From contig CBDESU010000002.1 in NCBI GenBank assembly GCA_965242695.1, forward strand, positions 1,120,001 through 1,184,000: a DNA stretch of 64,000 bases, read 5' to 3'. The translations under genes and the position numbers were made by a program. The notes below the pieces were generated by a model, which saw only the letters and a list, made by a program, of their open reading frames with translations, was not told where the DNA came from and did not search any database. Positions 47,301-56,425 of the stretch are shown piece after piece. Source of the DNA: Cenarchaeum sp. (GTDB taxonomy: Archaea; Thermoproteota; Nitrososphaeria; Nitrososphaerales; Nitrosopumilaceae). Numbering within the stretch: position 1 is the first letter of the stretch; each line of letters opens with the position of its first letter.

Positions 47301-48176
47301 ATGGCGCCCGCCTCCCTCCGGACCCTGCTGGCAGCGGACAGGCCGCTTGTCGTGCCCGGCGTGTACGACGCGCTCGGGGCCAAGATTGCGGCGTCTGCCG
47401 GATTTGAGGCCATGTTCCAGACGGGGTACGGCACGTCCGCATCTCTGTTCGGCATGCCTGACATGGGGTTTGTCGGCGCCGCCGAGACGCTCGACAACGC
47501 GCGCCGCATATGCTCGGCCGTCGCCGGCGTGCCCGTCCTCGTAGACTCGGACACCGGATACGGCAACGCGGTGAGCGTGTGGCGGCTCGTGCAGGGCCTA
47601 GAGGCGGCCGGCGCCACCGGCATGTTCCTCGAGGACCAGAAGTGGCCGAAGCGGTGCGGGCACATGCGCGGCAAGGAGGTCGTAGAGTACGAAGAGTACG
47701 CCGAAAAGCTCAGGGCCGCGGCGGACGCGCGCAGCAGCCGCGACGCGTTCGTCATCGTGGCGCGCACGGATGCGAGGGCGACCGGCGGGCTCGGCGAGGC
47801 CATCGAGAGGGGGCGGCGCAACGTCGAGAACGGCGCCGACGTCGTCTTCGTCGAGGCGCCGGCCTCGGTCGACGAGATGCGCGAGATAGGGCGCTCGATA
47901 GACGCGCCGCTCGTCGCCAACATGATCGAGGGCGGGCGCACGCCGATCGTGCCGGCCGACGAGCTGCACCGCATGGGGTTCAAGCTCGTGCTGTACCCGC
48001 TGTCGATCCTGTACGCCGCCACGGCGGCGGCCTCGCGCGCGATGGAGGAGCTGCACCGCACGGGGTCGACGCGCGAGGCGGCCGCCGGGATGATCGACTT
48101 TGACGGGTTCAACGACCTCGTCGGGCTGCCTGCGCTGTACGACCGCGAAGCCAGGTACGGCCGGCGAACGCCCTAG
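47301..48176 (+). CDS. Isocitrate lyase/PEP mutase family enzyme (methylisocitrate lyase-like)
   Basis: PGVYDALGA, VDSDTGYG, LEDQKWPKRCGH, VARTDA. Confidence 0.9.
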   Translation: MAPASLRTLLAADRPLVVPGVYDALGAKIAASAGFEAMFQTGYGTSASLFGMPDMGFVGAAETLDNARRICSAVAGVPVLVDSDTGYGNAVSVWRLVQGLEAAGATGMFLEDQKWPKRCGHMRGKEVVEYEEYAEKLRAAADARSSRDAFVIVARTDARATGGLGEAIERGRRNVENGADVVFVEAPASVDEMREIGRSIDAPLVANMIEGGRTPIVPADELHRMGFKLVLYPLSILYAATAAASRAMEELHRTGSTREAAAGMIDFDGFNDLVGLPALYDREARYGRRTP

Positions 48177-48235
48177 CTGGCGGGGCACGGCCCGCCCACT
48201 CCCGCCGCCAATAAAATAGAAGCACCGCTGGCATC

Positions 48236-48529
48236 CTATGCCGCGGTCTCGTTGCGTTTGACCTCGATCTCGATCGTCGAAACGTTCCGCGTCTTGCCGT
48301 CGTTGGACTCGAGCGTCTCGGACCCTATGCGGACGTCGCCGATAGAGAACCCGACATTCTCGGTCTTGCGCAGGATGATCTGCGCGACGTCGACGGCCCG
48401 GCCTATGCTCAGGCCCCTGGCCTTGATGTTGACGACAGGCAAGTTGGTGAGCTGGATGCACGCCGAAGTGACGTACGCCATCAGCGGCTTCTTGCCTATG
48501 TAGATGGTGTCCCTGGCTTCAGTTGACAT
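48236..48529 (-). CDS. albA: Alba chromatin protein
   Basis: IYIGKKPLMAYV, IKARGLSIGRAVDVA, NVSTIEI. Confidence 0.95.
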   Translation of the reverse strand: MSTEARDTIYIGKKPLMAYVTSACIQLTNLPVVNIKARGLSIGRAVDVAQIILRKTENVGFSIGDVRIGSETLESNDGKTRNVSTIEIEVKRNETAA

Positions 48530-48583
48530 TGCCGCGCGGGCGGCATTGTGATAATTTAAACCTGCGGCGGGCGCCGCCGGCGC

Positions 48584-49174
48584 ATGGGCGGCGGCGGGAG
48601 CGGGGCGGGGCCGGCGGCCGCAGACGCCCCCGACGCGGATGCAAGGAGGCGCGATATCCACGCGGTCGGGTCCATCCCGCACGGCGCCGACGGGCGGCTT
48701 GTGGACACGGTGGCATCGGCCCTCGGCGACGAGGATATCGAGGTGAGGGGCGAGGCGTTCTACCTCCTCGTCGCAAGCGGGGCCGACATCGGAGAGCGCA
48801 TCGCCCCGCTTCTTGCCTCGCCGAGCAAGGTGGCCAGGGCGCACGGCGCACTCGTGCTGGCCAACAGGGGCGACGTGTCGCGCGCCGGCGAGGTGGCGCG
48901 CCTGGCGCGCGACGGGAGCGCCACCGTCCGCTCGGCGGCCATGGGCGCGCTCGGCCACATGGCGGTGCGCGCAGCGCCGAGGCCCCTGCCTGACGCTGCC
49001 GCCGCAGCCGAGGCCGTCCGGTCGTGCCTCGGGGACGGCAGCATCGAGGTCCGGCGCAGCGCCCTGCAGGCCGCCGTCCACCTCGGCATGGATCTGGCCG
49101 CCGCCGAGAGGGACGGCCTGGCCGCCGCGGCCGATGAGGAGATCGACCGCCTGCTTGCCCTGTGCTGCGGCTGA
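48584..49174 (+). CDS. HEAT-repeat protein
   Basis: Repeated LxDxxxxVRxxAxxAL patterns. Confidence 0.8.
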   Translation: MGGGGSGAGPAAADAPDADARRRDIHAVGSIPHGADGRLVDTVASALGDEDIEVRGEAFYLLVASGADIGERIAPLLASPSKVARAHGALVLANRGDVSRAGEVARLARDGSATVRSAAMGALGHMAVRAAPRPLPDAAAAAEAVRSCLGDGSIEVRRSALQAAVHLGMDLAAAERDGLAAAADEEIDRLLALCCG

Positions 49175-49219
49175 TGCGATGGCGGCCTGGCTGTCGCCGC
49201 ATCGATGATGGTAAGATGG

Positions 49220-49296
49220 TGGTGGACCGGGAGGGAATTGAACCCTCGATCTCACCCATGCCAAGGGCGTATCCTACCGGACTAGACGACCGGCCC
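49220..49296 (-). tRNA. tRNA-Ala(GGC), CCA encoded
   Basis: GGGCCGG acceptor with G3:U70; CGCCC-TTGGCAT-GGGTG. Confidence 0.93.
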
Positions 49297-49425
49297 ACTC
49301 GGCGCGTTGCGCCGCCCCAATTCCCACGCGCGGCTATTTACGTCTAGCGTGGACGGCCGCCTCGCACGGCGTGCCGGCCGCCGTGGTAACGCCACCGGCG
49401 CGATCCCTGCAGGCCACCGGGATCG

Positions 49426-50052
49426 CTAGAGGCGCTGCTGCCCCGATGCGGAGCCGCGCCTCTTCTTTCCAGGGCCGCCGCCCTCTTGCCCGCCGCTGCC
49501 TGCGATGTCGACCTCCATGAGCTGCCCCTGCACCAGCCTGTCCTGCCGACCCGCCGGCCTGCTGCGGGCCCCGCCGGCATTATTCCCGTCCTGCCCCAAC
49601 CCTGGCGCGGCTTCCTTCCTGCCGCCGGCCGCCCCGGCGCCCCGCGGCTTTGCATCCGGTTCGTCGCCCCACTGCCCACCCGGCGTCCGCCCTGCCTCCT
49701 CGGGCTCGAGACCGGGAAACTTCCTGGAGGCGGCGGCCCTGTACAGCGCGTACGTGTCCTTGTCGTCCATGCAGTCGTAGCACATGCACAGCTGCGAGAC
49801 GGCCGCCGTGTCGCACGCGTCGCTGAACTCGCAGGCGGGGCACCCGGCCGGCTTGCCGCACACAAGGCACCGCAGCTCGGCGCCCTGCTGACCGCCGCCG
49901 GCCCTGACATCGCCGCTCTCGGCGGCGGCCCCGCACCGCTCGTGCTTTACCCCCGTCCCCTTCATCCACAGGCCGGCCTCGCCGGCGTTGACCGTCTCGC
50001 CGCACTCGATGCACTTGCCCGGAAACCTCATCTTCATCGGTATCCAGTTCAA
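49426..50052 (-). CDS. Cys-rich putative Zn-binding protein
   Basis: KCIECG...KHERC, CLVCG...CPACE...C...CMCYDC; start overlaps the rfcL stop. Confidence 0.75.
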   Translation of the reverse strand: MNWIPMKMRFPGKCIECGETVNAGEAGLWMKGTGVKHERCGAAAESGDVRAGGGQQGAELRCLVCGKPAGCPACEFSDACDTAAVSQLCMCYDCMDDKDTYALYRAAASRKFPGLEPEEAGRTPGGQWGDEPDAKPRGAGAAGGRKEAAPGLGQDGNNAGGARSRPAGRQDRLVQGQLMEVDIAGSGGQEGGGPGKKRRGSASGQQRL

Positions 50053-51248
50053 CGCGCCCGCCCTCCCCTCTTGCCGAGCCTCTCGGCCTCCTTGCCGAGG
50101 ACGCCGGCGAGCTCCTCGCCGGCCGCCTCCGCAAGGGCGGGATCCTGCCCGATGCCGTCCCTGGCGCGCGCCACCATATGCGGAAAGTACAGCGTGCCGA
50201 ACGCGCTGCCCGAGACGTGCGCCGCCCTCCCCATGGATGCGAACATCGCCCGCATCGCCCTGCCGTCGAACCGTATGCGGGTGAGCAGGGGCCACGGCAC
50301 GTTGTACTGCGCGTACCGGACGGGCGAGCCCTTGGCGTACAGGCCCGACAGGATCGCGTCCAGGTACCTCAGGAGCCTCCACCTCTGGGACCTCATTATC
50401 CGGCCGTACAGCACGTCGGCGCGCGACATGACCTCGAGCATGCGGGCCGACTCGGCCGCCGCCAGGCCCTTGGCCGTGATTATGCTGGAGTAGAACGCGT
50501 TGATCTTTTCGCGCGGGTCGGCCTTCATGGCGCGCAGGGCCGCCTCGGCCCCGGCCGCGTCCGGCGCCGCAAAGAACGCGTTGACGGCCGTCTCGGCGTC
50601 TAGCTCGGACGGCAGCTTTTCGGCGTGCGCATCGTACCCCGTGGCAAGCGCCTGCGCGATGTTGAGCATCGACCGTATGTCGCCGCGCGACTCGGAGATG
50701 ACCTTGATCTCGGCGCCGGGCGAGAGCGACGCGCCCTCTTCGCGCAGCACCCTGCGCAGGTACACGCGCAGCAGGCGCGGAGGCAGCTGCCTGAACCTCA
50801 CCGTGCGGACCGCCTTTGAGAGGCTCTTCATCTTGGAGGCGGCGTCAGAGTTGGCCGCCATGACGATCGGCACGGTCGGCTCCTTGATCAGCTTTATGAG
50901 CGCCTCGGCGCCGCCAAAGTCGGCGCGGCCGTGTATGCCGTCGACCTCGTCGATGAACACCATGGGGCGCCCCGCCACGTTGGCGTTGCCCATGACGGGC
51001 CCGAGCAGCTTTGTTATGCGCGAGCGGCTCCGCGCATCGCTTGCGTTCATGCCGATCATGTCCAGCCCGAACGCCCTGCAGGCGAGCGTCGCCGCCGTCG
51101 TCTTGCCCGTGCCGGGCGGCCCGACGAGGAGCAGCGGGCGCGCTCCCGGCGCCCACGACGAGAACCACTTTGTGATCTCGGCGCGCGCCTCCTCGTTCCC
51201 GACCATCGCGCCGATCTCGGCCGGCCTGTGGCGCTCCGACCACATCAT
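50049..51248 (-). CDS. rfcL: Replication factor C large subunit
   Basis: WSERHRP, GPPGTGKTT, MNASDAR, FIDEVDG, GDIRS, WRLLRY. Confidence 0.9.
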   Translation of the reverse strand: MMWSERHRPAEIGAMVGNEEARAEITKWFSSWAPGARPLLLVGPPGTGKTTAATLACRAFGLDMIGMNASDARSRSRITKLLGPVMGNANVAGRPMVFIDEVDGIHGRADFGGAEALIKLIKEPTVPIVMAANSDAASKMKSLSKAVRTVRFRQLPPRLLRVYLRRVLREEGASLSPGAEIKVISESRGDIRSMLNIAQALATGYDAHAEKLPSELDAETAVNAFFAAPDAAGAEAALRAMKADPREKINAFYSSIITAKGLAAAESARMLEVMSRADVLYGRIMRSQRWRLLRYLDAILSGLYAKGSPVRYAQYNVPWPLLTRIRFDGRAMRAMFASMGRAAHVSGSAFGTLYFPHMVARARDGIGQDPALAEAAGEELAGVLGKEAERLGKRGGRAR

Positions 51249-51252
51249 GGGC

Positions 51253-52398
51253 CTAGGCTCCCCCTCTTCCCGCGCGCGGCAGCGTCGCCCCGAGCCTGTC
51301 CCACATGCCGGCCTTTGAGAGGCGAGCGTACCAGAACTCGTTGTAGTGGTCTAGCGTGAGGAACAAAAACTCTAGAAACTCCCTGTGCGTAAAGCCGTCG
51401 GGCAGCATGTCCAGGGCCGTGCGCGCCTCGCGCAGGTACAGCCTGCCCTTTTCCATGGTCGCATCGAACCCCCTGCGGACGTCGCCGCCGGCGAGCAGCG
51501 AGTAGTACATGGGCCACGACGGCACCTTTACGCGCCCGCCCTTGAGGGCGTCCTCTATCTCGTTGCCGCAGCCGGCGCACTCGGCGGCCCTTGCCATCCC
51601 GAGCGCGAACACCTCGCCTAGCGGCCTCTCGGCCAGGGCCATGTTGCGGCCGGCCGTGCCCATGACGGCCCTGTACTTGGCGTACGACCTCTCTAGGAGC
51701 TCGGCCGTGGCCGAGAGGGGGTCGGACTTTAGGGCCACGTCTATGGCCTGCCCCTCCCTTGCCGCGCTAAACCCCTCCTCGAACGCCTCCAGCACGGCGC
51801 TGCCGCCCCTGCCGATCTTTTGGCGGGCGAGCGCGAGGATGTGCGGGTTCAAGAGGCGGTAGTCGTCTAGGTACTCTAGGTCCTCGTCGCGGTCGACTAT
51901 GCGGTCCATCGGCTCGCTCAGGTCGATGGCAATGACGTGCCCCTCGACGACGTCCTCCTTGAGGGCGGCGCGCTCGCCGCCGGCATCCTCCCCCGCCGCC
52001 GCGTCGTAGAGGGCGCTGAAGACGGGGAACGTCATCTTTACAAAGTTCGAGTCGAGTATGCGCCCGACGCGGTCGCGCACGACGGCGGGGTCGGAGAGCC
52101 TGTCCCGCACCGCATCGATCATGCCGGGGTCTAGCGCCATCGACTCCTCGCCGACCTCGTCGGCGAACCGGCGCTGCGTCGCCGCCGGGTCGTCGTCGCA
52201 GGTGACCATGCCGCGCAGCTCGGCCGCGAGCGAGTCGGCAAACGCCGGAAACCTGGCCTCGTACTCGTCCCTGTACCTTGCGAACATGCGGTACCCCTTG
52301 GACTTGAACAGGCCCTGCCTTGCGATCTGCTTGCCGGGCCTTGTGCTGAGCAGCGCGTCCCGGCTTGTGACGGACGGATCCTTTCCGCTCACGCGCAT
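51253..52398 (-). CDS. Hypothetical alpha-helical protein
   Basis: 381-aa ORF with strong GC3 bias; co-oriented with rfcL, 4-bp gap. Confidence 0.8.
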   Translation of the reverse strand: MRVSGKDPSVTSRDALLSTRPGKQIARQGLFKSKGYRMFARYRDEYEARFPAFADSLAAELRGMVTCDDDPAATQRRFADEVGEESMALDPGMIDAVRDRLSDPAVVRDRVGRILDSNFVKMTFPVFSALYDAAAGEDAGGERAALKEDVVEGHVIAIDLSEPMDRIVDRDEDLEYLDDYRLLNPHILALARQKIGRGGSAVLEAFEEGFSAAREGQAIDVALKSDPLSATAELLERSYAKYRAVMGTAGRNMALAERPLGEVFALGMARAAECAGCGNEIEDALKGGRVKVPSWPMYYSLLAGGDVRRGFDATMEKGRLYLREARTALDMLPDGFTHREFLEFLFLTLDHYNEFWYARLSKAGMWDRLGATLPRAGRGGA

Positions 52399-52442
52399 CG
52401 CATTGCCCGTAGTTATTTATGCCTTCAAGGGAGCGCCGCGTC

Positions 52443-53255
52443 ATGGGAATGGTCGACGTCCTGCGCGGCGCCGCGGCGCGCGTCTACGAGCGCGTCGGGG
52501 GCATGGCGGGCACGCCGGCGGCCGTCGAGGGCGACCACGGGATCGGCGCAGGCGGCGACGTGTCGCGCAACATCGACGTGACGGCAGAGCGGGCCGTCCT
52601 CGAGTACCTCGGCGAGTCGGGCGTAAGCTGCACCGTCCTCGGCGAGGAGTGCGGCCGGGTAGAGGTAGGCGGGGGCGATCCCGCGGGGTACGTCATAATG
52701 GACGCCGTCGACGGGTCGGCCAACGCCGTGCGCGGCGTGCCGTTCTTCTGCTGCTCGCTCGCGTACGCGCAGGACTATTCGCTCGGCTCCGTCACGGATG
52801 CGGTCGTGGCGGACCTCTCGACGGGCAGGGCCTACTCTGCTGCAAAGGGCCGCGGCGCCGCCCTCGACGGCCGGCCCGTGCGCGTCCAGTCGCGGCCGCC
52901 GGTGTACCGCATCCTCGGGGCCAACACGTCGGGCGCCTCGCCGGCCCTCGTCGAGAGGCTGCGCCCGCTGTTCTCGGCGTACGGCCACGTGCGGCACTTT
53001 GGGGCAAACGCCCTAGAGATGTCGATGCTCGCCGCCGGCCTCATGGACGTGTTCATCGACCTGCGCGGCAAGATCAGGGTGCAGGACGCGGCCGCCGGGT
53101 GCCTGATCGTCCGCGAGGCCGGCGGCCTCGTCGTCGACGAGTCGCTCGCTGACCTGGACTCGGACCTGGACTATGCGACGCGCCTGTCGTTCATCGCCGC
53201 CTCTTCCAGGCAGGTCCTCGACGAGGCGCTCGCAGAGATGGGGCGGCCGGCGTGA
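52443..53255 (+). CDS. Inositol monophosphatase / FBPase family
   Basis: GAGGD, LGEE, MDAVDGSAN, RHFGANALE, DAAAG. Confidence 0.9.
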   Translation: MGMVDVLRGAAARVYERVGGMAGTPAAVEGDHGIGAGGDVSRNIDVTAERAVLEYLGESGVSCTVLGEECGRVEVGGGDPAGYVIMDAVDGSANAVRGVPFFCCSLAYAQDYSLGSVTDAVVADLSTGRAYSAAKGRGAALDGRPVRVQSRPPVYRILGANTSGASPALVERLRPLFSAYGHVRHFGANALEMSMLAAGLMDVFIDLRGKIRVQDAAAGCLIVREAGGLVVDESLADLDSDLDYATRLSFIAASSRQVLDEALAEMGRPA

Positions 53256-53356
53256 GCGGCCGAGCGCTGCCGCGCGCGGATTGGGCCCCGTCCCGTCGCA
53301 TTTGGCCAAAATAAATTCACCCCGCGCCTTTAGGCGGCGCGCGGCGCACCTGCCGC

Positions 53357-54097
53357 ATGGATGCCGTGTGCAACGACCCGAGGTGCCCCCTCAACCGGCG
53401 CGGCGTGCCGCACCGGCCGCACGGCGAGATCGAGCGCGACGAGGTGGTCGAACCGTGCAACGATCCGCGCTGCGCCCTCACCAGGCTGGGAATGCCGCAC
53501 AACTCGCACGGGCCGATGGACGGGCCCGCGCCCTGTGCCGCCGGGGGCGCCGGCCGCAGTGCGGGGGATGCCGCGGGGCCCCACACGGGCGGCGGCAGCG
53601 ATCCGGGCGCGGCCTCGGGCCTTGGAACCGGCGGCGGCAGCGATCCGGGCGCGGCCTCGGGCCTTGGAACCGGCGGCGGCAGCGATCCGGGCGCGGCCTC
53701 GGGCCCCGGCGCCGGCCACGCCTCGGGCCCCGGCGGCGCGGCCCGCGGCCCGCGGCCCTCCAGCTCATCGACGTCCCCCGACGAAATCCTCGACGAGGCG
53801 GCACGGCACCTGCGGCAACATGCGGGCGGAACGGCCGAGGCCGGGCGACCTGCCGGGGACGCGCGCGAGGCCGAGCGCATACTGGGCTCCGCCGACCCGC
53901 ACGGCATCCTTGGCATCCCGCGCGGCGCAACGGCCGAGCAGGCCCGATCCCGCTACAGGAGCCTGGTGAAAAGGTACGATGCCGCGCGCGGGATCATCCA
54001 CAAGTCGGCCCCCGAGAGGGAAAAGTCGAACCTGATCATGGCGAGGATCAACGGCGCGTTCGAGGCCCTCAAGTCTGCCCGTCCCCGCCAGCCGTAG
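53357..54097 (+). CDS. J-domain-like protein with duplicated Cys/His N-terminal motif
   Basis: CNDPRCxLxRxGxPH twice; Gly-rich repeats; DPHGILGI...RSRYRSLVKRYD...MARINGAFEAL. Confidence 0.7.
   Translation: MDAVCNDPRCPLNRRGVPHRPHGEIERDEVVEPCNDPRCALTRLGMPHNSHGPMDGPAPCAAGGAGRSAGDAAGPHTGGGSDPGAASGLGTGGGSDPGAASGLGTGGGSDPGAASGPGAGHASGPGGAARGPRPSSSSTSPDEILDEAARHLRQHAGGTAEAGRPAGDAREAERILGSADPHGILGIPRGATAEQARSRYRSLVKRYDAARGIIHKSAPEREKSNLIMARINGAFEALKSARPRQP
53588..53704 (+). repeat. Coding tandem repeat, ~2.8 x 42 bp (GGGSDPGAASGLGT)
   Basis: GGCGGCGGCAGCGATCCGGGCGCGGCCTCGGGC occurs three times. Confidence 0.9.
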
Positions 54098-54266
54098 GGG
54101 GCCTCGCCTGCCCGTCCACGCCCCGCCTGGCGGCAGCCTCGGTCCGGCAGGGCCGCACACCGGGGCCTCGGAGGGGCCTCGCCTGCCCGTCCGCGCCCCG
54201 CCTGGCGGCCGCACTGCCCTAGCGCGGCCTGCCCTGCGGGGAGCATCCCCCTCCGTACAGACAAAA

Positions 54267-54344
54267 TGGCGCCCTCGGCGGGATTTGAACCCGCGTCTCA
54301 GCCGTGACAGGGCCGAATTCTAGACCGGGCTATACTACAAGGGC
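54267..54344 (-). tRNA. tRNA-Asp(GTC), CCA encoded
   Basis: GCCCTTG acceptor; CGGCC-CTGTCAC-GGCTG; GGTTCAAATCC. Confidence 0.92.
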
Positions 54345-54439
54345 CCGACAAGGCCCGCCCACGGGTCGGTTAAAAAGCTTTGGAGCCGCCTTGCGGCAGG
54401 TGGATAGGGCTAAATTGCGGGGCGGCGCAAGGCCGTCCG

Positions 54440-54513
54440 GGGTCTGTGGCGCAGCCAGGCAGCGCATCGGACTTTTAATCCGGTTGTCGTGGGTTCGAAT
54501 CCCATCAGACCCG
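54440..54513 (+). tRNA. tRNA-Lys(TTT)
   Basis: GGGTCTG/CAGACCC acceptor; TCGGA-CTTTTAA-TCCGG; divergent from tRNA-Asp. Confidence 0.93.
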
Positions 54514-54515
54514 CC

Positions 54516-55592
54516 CTACTGAGCCCTGTTCGTACCGCCGCACGCGCCCGCCCGGAGCGGGCCTGGACCGGCAGGCCTGCCGGCGCAGCGCGCCGGCGTC
54601 CCCCTCTGCAGGCGGCAGCCTACCGTCCCCTCCTCCCTGCGGCCCCGCGCCCGGAGGGGCCCGCCGGCCCGCCGCCCCGACTGGGCGGCCTTGGCCCCTG
54701 CGGGGGCCTCTTCCCCGCCGAGGATCATGTCGAGTATCTTCTCGACCTTTCCGAGGACGCGGTAGCACATGCGCCCGACCTCTGCCGGCTCGGCGCTCCC
54801 CGCATAGTGGGCGATGTAGTTGTACGTGTACCCGTCCACGTCGTACCCGTACGTCCTGCCCAGGACGCACGCGACCAGCTGCGCCGTGGCCTCCTGCTGG
54901 GGGTCCTGGCCCGGCTTGAGCTCCTCGATCCTGCTGTGCGCGGCGTGCGCCAGCTCGTGGAAGAACGTGCTGATGTCGTCCGTGCACAGGCGTATCTCGG
55001 CGTCGGACTTGGAGTACGACCCGTACTCGCCGTGCCTCGTCGCGTCGTACCTCGTGTCGATCCCCCACCGCGCCGCGACGTCCGCCAGCGGCGGGAGGCG
55101 CTTTGGCTCGCGCTTGACGGTCTTGATCTTCTCCCCGTCCGTGTCCTCGTACCGGAACACGGGGATTGCGTGGAACCCGACGACGTAGCTCGTGACGGTC
55201 TCTTCGCCGGTCTCCTTGTCGACGTCGACGCGCCTGCGCATGGTGGGCCCGATTATGTAGATGGCCTTGCGGCCGCGCACGACGTGCCTCCCGACCTGCT
55301 GCCACTGCCTGTACCCGCGCGCATCGTACGTTCCCTCCATCGTCATAATGAGGCGGTTGCCCAGGCTCCACTTGTCGCTCGGGCTTCCAGCCGGCTCTAG
55401 GTACGACTTTGCCAGCATGTCGGGAAGCTCGGTGCTCGAAAAAAGCTCCACAATCCTGGCTAGCTGCTCCCTTGCCCTGTCGGCGCGGCTCGGGGCGGCC
55501 TGCCCGGCAGTCTTTATTCCTGCGCCGCCTTTTGCCCCTGCGGGCGCGGCTGGCTTGTCCTGGGCTGGCTTGCCCGTCTTGCCTTCAGCCAA
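54516..55592 (-). CDS. ArdC-like protein (ssDNA-binding N-domain plus zincin HExxH domain)
   Basis: WSLGNRLI...ARGYRQWQQVGRHVVRGRKAIYIIGP...VFRYEDTDG; FFHELAH...QQEATA; TTG start is inferred. Confidence 0.8.
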   Translation of the reverse strand: MAEGKTGKPAQDKPAAPAGAKGGAGIKTAGQAAPSRADRAREQLARIVELFSSTELPDMLAKSYLEPAGSPSDKWSLGNRLIMTMEGTYDARGYRQWQQVGRHVVRGRKAIYIIGPTMRRRVDVDKETGEETVTSYVVGFHAIPVFRYEDTDGEKIKTVKREPKRLPPLADVAARWGIDTRYDATRHGEYGSYSKSDAEIRLCTDDISTFFHELAHAAHSRIEELKPGQDPQQEATAQLVACVLGRTYGYDVDGYTYNYIAHYAGSAEPAEVGRMCYRVLGKVEKILDMILGGEEAPAGAKAAQSGRRAGGPLRARGRREEGTVGCRLQRGTPARCAGRPAGPGPLRAGACGGTNRAQ

Positions 55593-55625
55593 TGCATAGG
55601 GATTGGCGCGGAATGATATTAGCAA

Positions 55626-55647
55626 TAGTATCATATCATTGATACTA
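55626..55647. promoter_or_regulatory. Perfect 8-bp inverted repeat TAGTATCA-N6-TGATACTA in an AT-rich patch upstream of the ArdC-like gene
   Basis: Read directly; lies in a divergent promoter region. Confidence 0.55.
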
Positions 55648-55744
55648 AGTATAGTGTTCAGTGTCAAGCCAGGCCGCCGCCGGCCTGCGACTTCCCGCGC
55701 CGTGCGGTTTAACCTTAAAATCCACCCGCTCAAGGGTCGGCGCA

Positions 55745-56425
55745 TTGCCCGATGACGGAGGGAGCGCCGGCAGGGATGCTGGGCCGATCCCGGACGAGGC
55801 CGGAACCTCAGGCCGGTCGGCCGATGCCAACGGCGCGCCTGGCGACCACTTGGCCCTAGACGACGCCACGCCCGAGGGCCTAGAGGCCGCAAAGGCCGAG
55901 GCCGAGGCATCGGCCGAGCGCCTTCGGGCGGCAGAGGCGGCGGCCGAGGCGACGCTCGAGGAAGAGTACCGCAAGGTGGCCGAGGCGCTCAAGCAGGAAA
56001 AGCCGCGCGACTCGTTCACCGATTACCGCACGGTCGACATCATATTCCGCAGGGAGCTCGGCGAGCCCGAGTTCTGGCTCGACAAGAGGGAGCGCGCGCC
56101 GGCCCGCCTGATGCTCAGCGACGAGGAGGCGCGCGCGATCTCGAGGCGCGTCGAGACGCCGACCGACCAGGTTCCCGTGTACGACCCCCAGTACATACTG
56201 AGCAAGGAGTACGGGGGCATGTCCAGCTACGAGGTCGGAATCACGGCGATCCTAGGCGAGGCGCAGGAGGGCCTTGAGGCCCTACGCAGGGCCGGAGCCG
56301 GCGACGATGAGGTCAGGCGCGCCGAGGCCGAGGTCGAAAAGCTCGGCTACCTGTACCAGAACTACCACCTCGGCATGAACGTGTTCCGGACCGCCAAGGG
56401 CGGGCGGGACAGGGCGAAAAAGTAG
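55745..56425 (+). CDS. Hypothetical protein
   Basis: Acidic N-terminus, ordered C-terminus; stop abuts the hemA-like start. Confidence 0.75.
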   Translation: MPDDGGSAGRDAGPIPDEAGTSGRSADANGAPGDHLALDDATPEGLEAAKAEAEASAERLRAAEAAAEATLEEEYRKVAEALKQEKPRDSFTDYRTVDIIFRRELGEPEFWLDKRERAPARLMLSDEEARAISRRVETPTDQVPVYDPQYILSKEYGGMSSYEVGITAILGEAQEGLEALRRAGAGDDEVRRAEAEVEKLGYLYQNYHLGMNVFRTAKGGRDRAKK

